Shown here piece after piece: positions 10,001-19,176 of a DNA stretch of 64,000 nt. The translations under genes and the position numbers were made by a program. Positions within the stretch are counted from its first letter, which is position 1. The number at the start of each line of letters is the position of its first letter. The notes beneath the pieces were generated by a model. The model had not been told where the DNA came from and made no database searches. It saw only the letters and a program-made list of their open reading frames with translations. Source of the stretch: Candidatus Gastranaerophilales bacterium (GTDB taxonomy: Bacteria > Cyanobacteriota > Vampirovibrionia > Gastranaerophilales > Gastranaerophilaceae); assembly GCA_944323395.1 (NCBI GenBank), contig CALUSI010000010.1, positions 9,359 to 73,358 of the forward strand, given 5' to 3'.

Positions 10001-10566
10001 GTACTGTAGGAAAGCCGCTTCCTTCTGTCAGAGTGAAAATAGCTGATAATGGAGAACTTCTTGTTACAGGTCAGAATGTTATGCAAGGGTATTATGGTAA
10101 GCCAGAAATGACTGCTGAAGTTATAGATGAAGATGGCTGGTTCCATACGGGAGATATTGCTGAACTTGATAAAGACGGTTATATAAAAATTACAGGCAGA
10201 ATTAAAAATATGATAGTATTAGGTGGGGGTAAAAAAATATTCCCGGAAGAAGTTGAGGCAGTATTAGAACAATCTGATAAAATAAAAGAGGTATGTGTGC
10301 TTTCATTAAAGATAAAATCCGGAAATAAAGCAGGTACAGAAGAAGTTGGTGCCATTGTGGTTCCTGCTGATAATATTCTGAACGATGAAAATGTTTTACA
10401 AATAATAGAGGAAGAAATAAAAAATCTTGCTCAGAAAAATCTTGCACCATACAAAATACCAACGGTAATTGTTATTCATAAAGATGAACTTCCAAAAACA
10501 TCTACAAAAAAAGTAAAGAGAAATGAGTTGGTTAAATGGTATGAGTCTGATAGTGTTAATGTTTAG
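7081..10566 (+). CDS. triple fusion: MFS lysophospholipid transporter (LplT-like) + 1-acylglycerol-phosphate-type acyltransferase + acyl-ACP/acyl-CoA synthetase (Aas-like)
   Basis: About 400 aa of multi-span MFS-like N-terminus. PlsC HX4D motif NHTGHLDP with FPEGK. AMP-binding motifs YTSGTTGNPKGV, GYGLTETS and TGDIAELDKDGY. Confidence 0.85.
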   Translation: MKNIVNKIGPLSNIEFDKLFLSQLLSHFADAVVQFTLVAILLDKLPNAGKAIAITFFAFLLPQFFFSPYSGAFCDKFKRKNILAFSLFYRALILFGATYLIFNKSIIEPQYIYLISFLLGCGSAFFYPAKMAILPNLVESSQLKFANAMNSSIGAIAVLFGAFISNFIISHTSYITALNIIALSYLISACLCLTIKLKFKQSFFKISNNLVNDMNIAIKYIKNHKKALYLVMLSFCIQFIVAMFSNNLNTLITDYYGLAFSDLTYLRTILGFGIILGMFLTIYFARLLKVVHLFSLGFIILCLTLFTANFCNSIGIAWKWLIPIGIADAMVVITLDTILQKVTPDRVRGKIFGLNLTLNTFSFLLGTIIIAFSAEYIQPLNTFKIIAGISFILAISVLLFDKAFRYFLLKATLGQIFLLLFRYRVEGIENLPKKGKVILAGNHTGHLDPFILQMATKRQLWFVTGPAAFKVPIVRYLLKFYNVLPLNFGKGLEAIDSAVTELKKGEAVIIFPEGKFTPNGELCKFNRGVGIMAKNADCPIVPFCIQGGFETWNKQRKLPKFFNTIVIQFGQPVKDLTKSEKEIAHELQLRVNFMKKALERRSFYQISQHYYSNFLDLMRDKGDIFAPVNAVSMKTKDGYESITYIELSRNAKKFANYLIETVGVNRGDRIAILSESRPEFAIGIFASIQTGAITVPLDVKLTVSEHTNILSDCNPRILICSSHYLNHAIEVKQNVKSIEQIFVLDKDEETSYMNVFDIEADVDKDLGRPRSLDETALIVYTSGTTGNPKGVMISFGNVYSQFKDFEKIFKLSSKNRLLSLLPLNHLLELTDGFFAMLYMGAQIVYIKSLSPKELTETMKEKGITNMIVVPLVAKMLKNSIDKQLKKQSKKVQSLFNLMYKVAKYMPLSIRRIMFKSIIDELGGKFECFISGGAPLEPSIAEFFDRIGIPVFQGYGLTETSPTVSTNYYDNNKIGTVGKPLPSVRVKIADNGELLVTGQNVMQGYYGKPEMTAEVIDEDGWFHTGDIAELDKDGYIKITGRIKNMIVLGGGKKIFPEEVEAVLEQSDKIKEVCVLSLKIKSGNKAGTEEVGAIVVPADNILNDENVLQIIEEEIKNLAQKNLAPYKIPTVIVIHKDELPKTSTKKVKRNELVKWYESDSVNV

Positions 10567-10699
10567 AAATTATTAATTGATTTTTCGCTGATTAAATAAG
10601 ATAATTAATATTATCAAGAGGGAGGATAGTGCCATTAACATTAAGTCTATAATAACGGGAATTATAATTGTTTCGGGGTTAACTTCTTATTCTTTTGCA

Positions 10700-12655
10700 A
10701 TGACTCCTGAAGCAAATCAGTATTATCATAAAGCTTGTTCTTTATCTGATGAATCAAAATATGAAGAAGCTGTTGAACAATTGAATATTGCTATTCAATT
10801 GTCTCCGGATGATGCTTTATTGTATACAAAACTTGCCGGCATGTATTCTGAACTCTCTGATTGGGATAATGCAGTTGAAGCTTATAAAAAAGCTTTAAAG
10901 TTAAGACCTAATGATGCTTTTATTTATATAAGTCTTGGCAATATATTTGAACAAATGCAAGATTATAAAAATGCGTATACTGCATATAACCATGCTATGA
11001 AAATTTTCCCCGAATATAAATATAACTATCTAAATCTTGCAAGTGTAAAGACTCATTTAAAAGAGGATGAAGAAGCAATTAAATATTATCAAATGTTTCT
11101 TTCTTATTACCCAGATGCACTCGATGCAAGGGAAAATATGGCATCTATATACCTAAGAATGAATAAACCACAAGATGCTGTTGAGATATATAATGATATT
11201 TATTTGAAAGATCCTGCTACTTTTAAAGATTTTTCTAATTATGGTCTTGCATTATATAGAATTTCTGATTATGAAAATGCACAAAATATTCTTTTAAAAG
11301 CAATAAAAAAAGATGATAACGATTATGTTGCAAGAGCAAATTTGGCTTATGTATATTTAGCACAAAATAAAGACGATTTAGCAATGAATGAATTTGCAAA
11401 GGTTTTGGAATTACAACCTGAGATGACTTCAATCCGTTTTGATTATGCTAATTTGCTTGCAGATAAAGAAAAATATGATGAAGCTATTATTCAATATAAA
11501 GAATACATAAAAGAAAATAAGGATAATCCAGTTGCATATAGAAATGCCGGAATTATATATGAAAAAAAAGGCGATTATGAAAATGCAATAAAAACTTTAG
11601 AAGAGGGTATTATTGCAGCTCCTAAGGATGTTGAACTTAAAAAAGAACTAGCAAAATCTTATCATTTGGCAAAACAGTATGATAAAGCTATTGCTATGTA
11701 TGATTCATTGTTAGAACAAGATTCAGAAAATACTGAACTGATTTTGAATAAAGGTATTGCATATCATGCTCAAAAGAAATATTCCGAAGCAATTGCATTA
11801 TATAAATCTGTATTATTGAAAGATGCGGAGGATAAGACGACTAAAGATTATTTGCTGAAAGCATATATAGCGCAAGGTGACTCGTTATGTTCAGAGGGGA
11901 ATTATAAAAAAGCTATTAATAGTTATGAGTATGCTATTCAAATGGATTCAAATAATCCCGCTTTATATTTAAGTGTAGCTGATGCATATGAAAAAATTGG
12001 TTCTAAATCTAAAGTTATAGAATATTATGAAAAAGCAATGGAAATAGCACCGGAAAATAGTGAAGTTTTGTTTTCATATGCAAAATCTTTAACGAAGATG
12101 GATAAAACGGAAGATGCCAAGCTTGTTTATGAAAAGGCACTGTCTGTTAATAGTGCCACTTCTGATGATAAATATAATTATTATATAGATATTGCTGATA
12201 CATATTACAAAAATAAAAACTATCCGATGGCATTGGCTGAATATAAAAAAGCATTAGAAATAAAACCAAAAGATGAATATCTAAATATAAAATTAGGTAA
12301 TACCTATAAAGGAATGTCAAATTTAAGCAGCGCAATTGATTATTATAATAAAGCTATAGAAATTAATCCAAATAATCCTGATTCATATTTTAATAGTGGA
12401 TTATGTCTTGCTGAATTAAATAATTTGACTGTTGCAAAAGAAAAATTTTCTAAGGTAATTGAGCTTAAATCAGATTATGCATATGCATATTATGCCTTAG
12501 GTCTTGCTTATGAAAAAGAAGATAATATTGCAGATGCAGTTAAGAACTATGAATATTTTATTGAGTATACCCAGGATAAAAATTTGAAGAATAATATACA
12601 AAACAAGGTAAATAAATTAAAAAAGAATTTACCTCAACCTGTGGATGTTGAATGA
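10700..12655 (+). CDS. TPR-repeat protein (probably secreted; true start may be an upstream AUU at 10634)
   Basis: More than 15 consecutive 34-aa TPR units with repeated A..Y.KAL...P patterns. See the finding on the upstream in-frame signal peptide. Confidence 0.8.
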   Translation: MTPEANQYYHKACSLSDESKYEEAVEQLNIAIQLSPDDALLYTKLAGMYSELSDWDNAVEAYKKALKLRPNDAFIYISLGNIFEQMQDYKNAYTAYNHAMKIFPEYKYNYLNLASVKTHLKEDEEAIKYYQMFLSYYPDALDARENMASIYLRMNKPQDAVEIYNDIYLKDPATFKDFSNYGLALYRISDYENAQNILLKAIKKDDNDYVARANLAYVYLAQNKDDLAMNEFAKVLELQPEMTSIRFDYANLLADKEKYDEAIIQYKEYIKENKDNPVAYRNAGIIYEKKGDYENAIKTLEEGIIAAPKDVELKKELAKSYHLAKQYDKAIAMYDSLLEQDSENTELILNKGIAYHAQKKYSEAIALYKSVLLKDAEDKTTKDYLLKAYIAQGDSLCSEGNYKKAINSYEYAIQMDSNNPALYLSVADAYEKIGSKSKVIEYYEKAMEIAPENSEVLFSYAKSLTKMDKTEDAKLVYEKALSVNSATSDDKYNYYIDIADTYYKNKNYPMALAEYKKALEIKPKDEYLNIKLGNTYKGMSNLSSAIDYYNKAIEINPNNPDSYFNSGLCLAELNNLTVAKEKFSKVIELKSDYAYAYYALGLAYEKEDNIADAVKNYEYFIEYTQDKNLKNNIQNKVNKLKKNLPQPVDVE

Positions 12656-13056
12656 AAAAAATAATTACAATAATACTAATACTTCCGTTATTGTTTTTAT
12701 GTTCATTTAAAATAAAAGCAAAGCCTTATGTTCTTTTATCGTCGGGAACGATTTCTACTGAGACTACGAGTAGAATGGAAAGAATTTTTTTATCTGGTCA
12801 GAGAATAAATTATGCCCTAATTGCACCTGACGGATTTAAAAAACCCGGAGTCCGTCTTCAAATTTCGAAGCAGGATGATAAAACTTCTAATTGGGGGTTT
12901 TCTATTATACAAACTCGTGATTTTTATTTGGATTTATCTCAAAAAGCTTATCGAGATTATATCTATATTCAAAGACCTGGACGATATTATATACAATTTT
13001 TTTATCTTAGTAACAAAGATTATCCTTTTGCACGTTCGGAATTTTTGGTTCAATAA
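12652..13056 (+). CDS. hypothetical small secreted protein or lipoprotein
   Basis: Signal-like N-terminus MKKIITIILILPLLFLCSF with a possible lipobox LFLC. ATGA start/stop overlap with the TPR gene. Confidence 0.5.
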   Translation: MKKIITIILILPLLFLCSFKIKAKPYVLLSSGTISTETTSRMERIFLSGQRINYALIAPDGFKKPGVRLQISKQDDKTSNWGFSIIQTRDFYLDLSQKAYRDYIYIQRPGRYYIQFFYLSNKDYPFARSEFLVQ

Positions 13057-13473
13057 ATGTTTAATTTGTATAAATATATAGAATTTTACTTTAATAAATT
13101 AAATTCATCTAAATATATAAGAAAAGGAAAGTGTAACAGATGCGGCAACTGTTGCAGAAATATATTACTTTATGTAGAAGAAGAACCAATCGAAAATGAA
13201 GAACAATTTGAAAAAGTAAAAGAATGGGAGAAACATTATAATAATTTCTATGTTTCAGGCAGAGCAGAAAATGGTGCTTTATTATTCACTTGTAAAGAAA
13301 TAGATGACAATAATAATTGTAAAGTATATTTTTTTCGTGGCTTAGGCTGCCGTATGTACCCTAAAAAAGATACAAAATTTTTAATAAATGGCGGTAAACC
13401 ATTAGATGGGTGCGGATATTACTTTGAAACTAATAAAAGTTTTAAATCATATTTTATAGATAGATCTAAATAA
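13057..13473 (+). CDS. YkgJ-family cysteine-cluster protein (CxxCxxCC motif)
   Basis: CNRCGNCC motif plus downstream Cys residues (C..C..C), typical of the UPF0153/YkgJ putative metal-binding family. Confidence 0.65.
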   Translation: MFNLYKYIEFYFNKLNSSKYIRKGKCNRCGNCCRNILLYVEEEPIENEEQFEKVKEWEKHYNNFYVSGRAENGALLFTCKEIDDNNNCKVYFFRGLGCRMYPKKDTKFLINGGKPLDGCGYYFETNKSFKSYFIDRSK

Positions 13474-14797
13474 GATTGGAAGCTATTTTTTTTATTGTTT
13501 CAAGAGAACGTTTTGCTAAAAGTTCATTCTTTAGTTTTTTATTTTTACGAGTTTTTTTATCCATTTCCATTTCAGCCAGAATGCCCCAATTTGAGTTTAT
13601 TGGTTGAAATGAAGTATGTCCTTCGAAAGAAATGTAATGTGTAAGTGCGCCTAAAATGGTTTCTTGAGGAAGTTCTAATAGCTTTTCACCATTTAAATAT
13701 TTATACATATTTATACCTGCAAGAAGCCCTGTAGCTATTGATTCTGTATATCCTTCAGTACCTGTAATTTGTCCTGCAAAAAAGATATCTGAATTTTTTC
13801 TAGATTGAAGTGTCGGATTTAACACTTTGGGACTGTTAATAAAAGTGTTTCTGTGCATTACCCCATATCTTATAATGTTTGCATTTTCAAGACCTGGTAT
13901 AGAATGTATAAGTTCTTTTTGGCTTCCCCATTTTAAATTTGTTTGGAAACCTACCAAATTATATAAACTTGCTGATTTGTTATCTTGTCTTAATTGTACA
14001 ACCGCATAATTTTCTAAACCTGTTCTTTCATCAACTAATCCAACAGGTTTTAAAGGTCCATATCTAAGTGTATCTGTACCTCTTGATGCTAAAACTTCAA
14101 TTGGAAGACAGGATTCAAAAAATTTTGCATTTTTTTCAAATGATTTTAATTCAATTTTTGGGGCATTAATTAAAATATTATAAAAAATTTCATATTCATC
14201 TTTATTCATCGGACAATTTATATAATCTGCATCACCTTTGTTATATCTGTTTAAATAGAATGCTTTTTCAAAGTTAATAGAATCTTTTTCTACTATTGGG
14301 GCTATTGCATCAAAAAAGTGTAAATATTCTTCGCCTAAGAATATTTTTATGTTGTTTGATAATGCTTCAGAAGTTAATGGTCCTGATGCAATTATTACAG
14401 GTATATCTTGAGGAATTTGTGTTAATTCTTCTCTTATAACCTTAATATTTTTATTATTGTTAATTTTTTCTGTTACTTTCTCTGAAAAAAGTTCTCTATC
14501 TATAGCTAAAGCACCGCCTGCCGGAACTTGTGAGTCAAATATAATCGGCATTAATTCGCTTCCAAGTTCTTCCATTTCGTGTTTTAATAGACCCGATGCA
14601 TTTGTAGTGTCATAAGAACCAAGGCTGTTTGAACACACAAATTCTGCGAATTTATCTGTTTTGTGTGCGCCTGTTTGCTTTTGTGGTCTCATTTCATATA
14701 ATTCTACTTCTATTTCGCGTTTTGCTAATTGCAAAGCAGCTTCACTTCCGGCTAATCCCGCTCCAATAACTATTACTTTATTCATTTTAATCCTCAT
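13466..14797 (-). CDS. trmFO: methylenetetrahydrofolate-dependent tRNA (uracil54-C5)-methyltransferase
   Basis: FAD motif VIVIGAGLAGSEAA, the CSNSLG motif, and the right length (443 aa). Confidence 0.92.
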   Translation of the reverse strand: MRIKMNKVIVIGAGLAGSEAALQLAKREIEVELYEMRPQKQTGAHKTDKFAEFVCSNSLGSYDTTNASGLLKHEMEELGSELMPIIFDSQVPAGGALAIDRELFSEKVTEKINNNKNIKVIREELTQIPQDIPVIIASGPLTSEALSNNIKIFLGEEYLHFFDAIAPIVEKDSINFEKAFYLNRYNKGDADYINCPMNKDEYEIFYNILINAPKIELKSFEKNAKFFESCLPIEVLASRGTDTLRYGPLKPVGLVDERTGLENYAVVQLRQDNKSASLYNLVGFQTNLKWGSQKELIHSIPGLENANIIRYGVMHRNTFINSPKVLNPTLQSRKNSDIFFAGQITGTEGYTESIATGLLAGINMYKYLNGEKLLELPQETILGALTHYISFEGHTSFQPINSNWGILAEMEMDKKTRKNKKLKNELLAKRSLETIKKIASNLI

Positions 14798-14857
14798 TTT
14801 ATATGATTATCACATAAATATATAGCCAATGTATATAAAATGTTGTAAGATTAAGTA

Positions 14858-15970
14858 ATGGATGAATTAAGAATATTTGTATTTGATGATGAAGAATTAA
14901 CTAGAACACTTATTGAAAGTTATTTAAAAGAACTGACGTTTCCTTACACTTTGGAAAAATATAACGATTTTGATGAGAGTTTTATTAGTGATGAAAATTT
15001 TAATAAAGTTATTATTGTTAATATTAATAAATATAATATTTCAGTGTTGGAAGCGATTTCTAAGTTATCGCAGTTCAAAAATAATAAGTTTGTTGTAGTA
15101 TCTAATGATAATTCGACAGACTTGAATGTGAAATCGTTAAGAGCGGGTGCTCAGGATTTTTTGCCGAAACCATTAGTAAAATCAGATTTTGTTTACGTAA
15201 TACGAAAAATATATAAGAAGGAATTTATGGAATTTAATAAAAATTTGAATGGTAAAGTGTATACTGCTGTATCGGTAGAAAAAGGAATGGGCAAAACTAC
15301 GTTTCTGATTAATTTGGCAAAAGAAATAGCAGATGCAAGTGGTGAAAAAGTTTTATTAATTGATTTTAATAATGACATCAATGATCTTTCTTTTTTATTA
15401 AATATTGATATTTTTTACAATACTATTCATTATATGAATAATTTGACAGAAGAAAATGTAGATCAACTATTATCGAAAGTACCTTCATATAAAAGTTCAT
15501 CTCTTTATGTTATGGCAAATGGTTTTCTTCGAAAAGGCGGAGAGAAAATAAATGTAAGAAAAATTGATGATGTTCTGAATATATTAAAAAGACATTATAA
15601 GTACATATTTTTGGATATAGACCCAACTGATGATACTGTAGAACGTGAGTTAGTCAGATTGTCGGATTATGTTTTTGTTATGATGAATTCAATGATAAGT
15701 TCCTTGGAAAAATTAAAGAATTTTCTGGAAATTATGTACAAAAGTAAAAATGTAAAACTTATACTAAATAAATATGAGGCAAAAAATGTCGAGAAATTAG
15801 AAGAAATACAAACTTTTTTAAGTAAAGAAATTTATTGGGTAATTCCTAAAAACTTTATGGCAACGGGTACTGCATTAAATAATTCTAAGACATTAAAAGA
15901 GGTATCACCAAAATTAGATATTGTTCAAGCATATATTCAATTGGCTCAAAGGATAATAAGCAGAGATTAA
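14858..15970 (+). CDS. TadZ/CpaE-like protein: pseudo-receiver domain + MinD/ParA-type ATPase
   Basis: REC-like N-terminus in which the phospho-acceptor position reads VIIVNINK (Asn, not Asp). Deviant Walker A in VSVEKGMGKTTFLINLA, followed by LIDFN and FLDIDP Walker-B-like strands. Confidence 0.6.
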   Translation: MDELRIFVFDDEELTRTLIESYLKELTFPYTLEKYNDFDESFISDENFNKVIIVNINKYNISVLEAISKLSQFKNNKFVVVSNDNSTDLNVKSLRAGAQDFLPKPLVKSDFVYVIRKIYKKEFMEFNKNLNGKVYTAVSVEKGMGKTTFLINLAKEIADASGEKVLLIDFNNDINDLSFLLNIDIFYNTIHYMNNLTEENVDQLLSKVPSYKSSSLYVMANGFLRKGGEKINVRKIDDVLNILKRHYKYIFLDIDPTDDTVERELVRLSDYVFVMMNSMISSLEKLKNFLEIMYKSKNVKLILNKYEAKNVEKLEEIQTFLSKEIYWVIPKNFMATGTALNNSKTLKEVSPKLDIVQAYIQLAQRIISRD

Positions 15971-15972
15971 AA

Positions 15973-16884
15973 ATGAATTTAAAAGACAGACTTGATAATA
16001 TTAAAAATACTAATCAAATTTCTATTAAAGAAGAGATAAGCACAGATACTTATTTTGATATTAATAATATTTTTGTTAATTATGATAAAATAAGTGGTAT
16101 TCTTTTTTCTATTATTAATCAAAAGAAAAATATTATTTTTATATCTGATAATTCTGTTGATAAAAATATTATTGTTTCATTAATGCAGTCTGTATTAGGA
16201 AGTTATGATATAGAGATATTGAATTCTATAGATGAAAATATTTATAATTTATGCACAAAGATAAAGTTTATTTCTGATTCGTCTATAATACAAATTGTAA
16301 AAATATTTGAATATATTATATATGGATATAGTTCTTTTATTTCTTTATTTAATTTGGCAAATGATGAAAATATAATAAATAAATTGAAAACAGTTATTGC
16401 TGTCAATTTTAGAAATTTAACAGAAGAAAATATTAATACTTTGATAGGATGTTCTGATTCTTTTTTTGTTTCGATTGAAAAAGATGAAGACGGCTTATTT
16501 TTAGTTTCTAAAGTTCAAAAAATAAATTATATTGAAAATATTATCTCATTGGATGTTATATATGATTATAAAAATGCAGATAAGAATGTCGAACAAAAAT
16601 TTGTGGAAGAAGCTAAACCGGAAAATTCGGAAGAAGATAATTCATATATCGAAACTGAAAAAAACATATTAAATAATGATATTCAATACCAAGAAACTGA
16701 TTTTATTGAATCTGAAGATGCTGATTCCGTTATTCAAAAAGAGCAAATAGCAATTGATATCAATGAAGAAAGAAACGAAGAAAATTTAATAGACTCTACA
16801 GATAATGTCGAAGAAAAACCTATAATTAAAGTAAATAAGTATAGATTATTAAAAGAAAAAATTAAAAACAAACGAAATAAATGA
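15973..16884 (+). CDS. hypothetical protein, possibly a degenerate (Walker-A-less) CpaF/TadA-like secretion-ATPase core with an acidic C-terminal tail
   Basis: By eye, NIIFISDNSVDKNIIVSLMQSVL aligns with the CpaF region ILISGGTGSGKTTLLNAL. SLFNLANDENIINKLKTVIAV...LFLVSKVQKI resembles the CpaF C-terminal STIHANS...RL...V block. No P-loop anywhere. Confidence 0.4.
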   Translation: MNLKDRLDNIKNTNQISIKEEISTDTYFDINNIFVNYDKISGILFSIINQKKNIIFISDNSVDKNIIVSLMQSVLGSYDIEILNSIDENIYNLCTKIKFISDSSIIQIVKIFEYIIYGYSSFISLFNLANDENIINKLKTVIAVNFRNLTEENINTLIGCSDSFFVSIEKDEDGLFLVSKVQKINYIENIISLDVIYDYKNADKNVEQKFVEEAKPENSEEDNSYIETEKNILNNDIQYQETDFIESEDADSVIQKEQIAIDINEERNEENLIDSTDNVEEKPIIKVNKYRLLKEKIKNKRNK

Positions 16885-17129
16885 TATTTTTAATATAAAT
16901 CATATAAAAAATTTAGAAAATAAAAGAAAAGGATGGTTTATATACCTTTTTAGTTGCACGCTGAAACAATTGTTATATTTGGTATTTATTTTGTTGTTGA
17001 TCTAAAGATTTAGATTTTATATAGATCTTTTTGTATAGAAAAATTCATCGTTTTGTGGATGAGCCCCCATGCTTATACATGTATATTAATAGTATAAACG
17101 ACGTATTTACAGGGGGTTCAGGTGTGTAT

Positions 17130-17840
17130 ATGAGAAGAACAATGGATTTTAACAAAAAAACAAAAATTATTTTGGTAGATGACAATTTTGATCATTTATT
17201 AGGTATAAGAGAATTAATTAATCTTGAAACAAATTTTGAAGTTATAGCTACTGCTACAAATGCGAATATTGCAATAAATTTGGTAAAAAAATATCAACCG
17301 GATGTAGTTTTGATGGATATAAATATGCCGGAGAAAGACGGCTTAACTGCAATAAGTGAAATCGAAAGATTGGGATTAGGGGTAAAAATCATCGCATTAA
17401 CAGGATATGATGATCCTGATTTGATTTTTAGAGCAATGAAGATAGGCGCAAAGGGTTATATCTTGAAAACAATGGCTTCAGCTCAATTGATTTATGCTAT
17501 CGAAGAAGTTGTACAAGGAAAAATTTATTTACCTTCAGGCCTATCTTCAAGATTTTTTGATTACTTCCAAAAAACATTTAAAGAAGAATCTAATAATTCC
17601 GTTAATGAAGAAAACTTACTTCAATATTTAACTCAAAGAGAAGAAGAAGTTTTAGAATTATTGACTCAAGGTGTAACTTATAAAGGTGTTGCACAACAAT
17701 TATTTATCAGTGAAACAACAGTTAAAACTCACGTAAATAACATATTCCAAAAATTGCAAGTTAATGATAGAACACAAGCTGTTTTATATGCAATAAATAA
17801 TGGATTTTTGAATAGAAAAAAATTGAAAATTGCTATATAA
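17130..17840 (+). CDS. NarL/LuxR-family response regulator
   Basis: REC domain (ILVDD, VVLMDINMPEKDG, KGYILK) plus a LuxR HTH (LTQREEEVLELL...ISETTVKTHVNNIFQKL). The track ORF begins at TTG 17031; ATG 17130 (or 17142) fits the domain boundary. Confidence 0.88.
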   Translation: MRRTMDFNKKTKIILVDDNFDHLLGIRELINLETNFEVIATATNANIAINLVKKYQPDVVLMDINMPEKDGLTAISEIERLGLGVKIIALTGYDDPDLIFRAMKIGAKGYILKTMASAQLIYAIEEVVQGKIYLPSGLSSRFFDYFQKTFKEESNNSVNEENLLQYLTQREEEVLELLTQGVTYKGVAQQLFISETTVKTHVNNIFQKLQVNDRTQAVLYAINNGFLNRKKLKIAI

Positions 17841-17847
17841 TTAGCTT

Positions 17848-19110
17848 ATGAAAAATAAATATAACACACTTCACAAATACATATATGAACATTCTGTAAA
17901 AGAATATAGAAAAGAGACCATTAATGGTCTCTTTCGTTCGATTTTACAACCGTTGATTTCAAATCAAAAGATTGAATCTTGTATATTAATGCGGTTAAAT
18001 GATTTTGATGATAAAAATGCTATTATAAAAAGGTTAAATTTTTCAGGGGCAAATATATTATATTATAGTGATAATTTAAAAGAATTAAAATATGCAAATC
18101 AAGAAGTTCAGGAAATATGGGGTGACACAGAATTTCTTATTGTATTATCTCAAAGATATTCTGCTGCTTTGATTTGGGATTATACACTTTCTGAAGTTCG
18201 TTCTTATTCTCCTGTATGTATGTTTTATAACTCTAAAATTATCACTGATATATCAAAAAAAATTCTTGAAAATTCAAAATATGATTATAAAGATTTATTG
18301 GTTAAATATGCTCCCGATAGGCGTGAAAATATAGTTCTTAACCAATCAATAGGTATGATTGCTTCTCTTTTAAATGAAAAAAATGAAGATATTATTTTTG
18401 GAGAGAAGGAAAAAGAAAATCTTGTTCCTGCAGATGACACAATTAAAACTGCTGAAATAGTTTCCAATAATGCTAGATTTATTTCCCATGAAATTAAAAA
18501 TAATCTTTCTATTATTAATTTATATTCAAAAATTTTAGAAAAAAGAATAGAGAATATAAAAGAATCAGAAGAAATAATGCAGTCTTTAAATAATGCAATT
18601 AGAAATATAACAACAGCATCAGAAAATGTTTCATCATTAATTTCAGACTTGAGATGTATAGCATCTCCATATAAAACGGAAATAAGTGTTAAGAAAATCA
18701 TTTTAAATACAATTGCAATGTGCCAAGAAAAGGCGAATAATGCAGGTGTTAATATTGTTGTTGATGATTTTGAAGATTGTATAACGACTACAGATAAAAC
18801 AAAACTTCAATGTGCTTTAATTAATTTGATTTATAACGCAATTGAAGCGTGTAAGGCATCTTGTCTGGTAAATATTAGTTGTCGAGTACAAAAAGATATA
18901 ATAAAAATAAGTCTTAAAAATAATGGTGAAATGATTTTACCTGAAAATCAATCAAAGATTTTTGAAAAGGATTATACAACAAAGAAAAAAGGTAATGGAC
19001 TTGGTCTTGCTATTTGTAAAGAGCAGATGAAGTTAGTAGGAGCTGATATAAATTTGGTAAATTCTGACGAAAAGATTACTGAGTTTGAAATTGTATTGCC
19101 TAAGGTTTGA
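17848..19110 (+). CDS. cytoplasmic sensor histidine kinase
   Basis: H-box FISHEIKNNLSII, N-box LINLIYNAIEA, G-box GNGLGLAICK. No predicted transmembrane helices; the roughly 200-aa N-terminal sensor domain is of unknown type. Confidence 0.85.
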   Translation: MKNKYNTLHKYIYEHSVKEYRKETINGLFRSILQPLISNQKIESCILMRLNDFDDKNAIIKRLNFSGANILYYSDNLKELKYANQEVQEIWGDTEFLIVLSQRYSAALIWDYTLSEVRSYSPVCMFYNSKIITDISKKILENSKYDYKDLLVKYAPDRRENIVLNQSIGMIASLLNEKNEDIIFGEKEKENLVPADDTIKTAEIVSNNARFISHEIKNNLSIINLYSKILEKRIENIKESEEIMQSLNNAIRNITTASENVSSLISDLRCIASPYKTEISVKKIILNTIAMCQEKANNAGVNIVVDDFEDCITTTDKTKLQCALINLIYNAIEACKASCLVNISCRVQKDIIKISLKNNGEMILPENQSKIFEKDYTTKKKGNGLGLAICKEQMKLVGADINLVNSDEKITEFEIVLPKV

Positions 19111-19176
19111 TTTTTAATATAAATATTTTCCTTGTATTTTCTTTTCAGTTGATAATTTAAATCGTATAATATTCAT

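Noticed and set aside
16999-17027. Cluster of inverted TAGAT/ATCTA repeats (GATCTAAAGATTTAGATTTTATATAGATC) upstream of the response-regulator gene, as a possible operator.
   Set aside because: These are short 5-6-bp arms in very AT-rich DNA. It lies inside the track's extended ORF and its distance to the likely start is arbitrary. There is not enough support to call a regulatory site.
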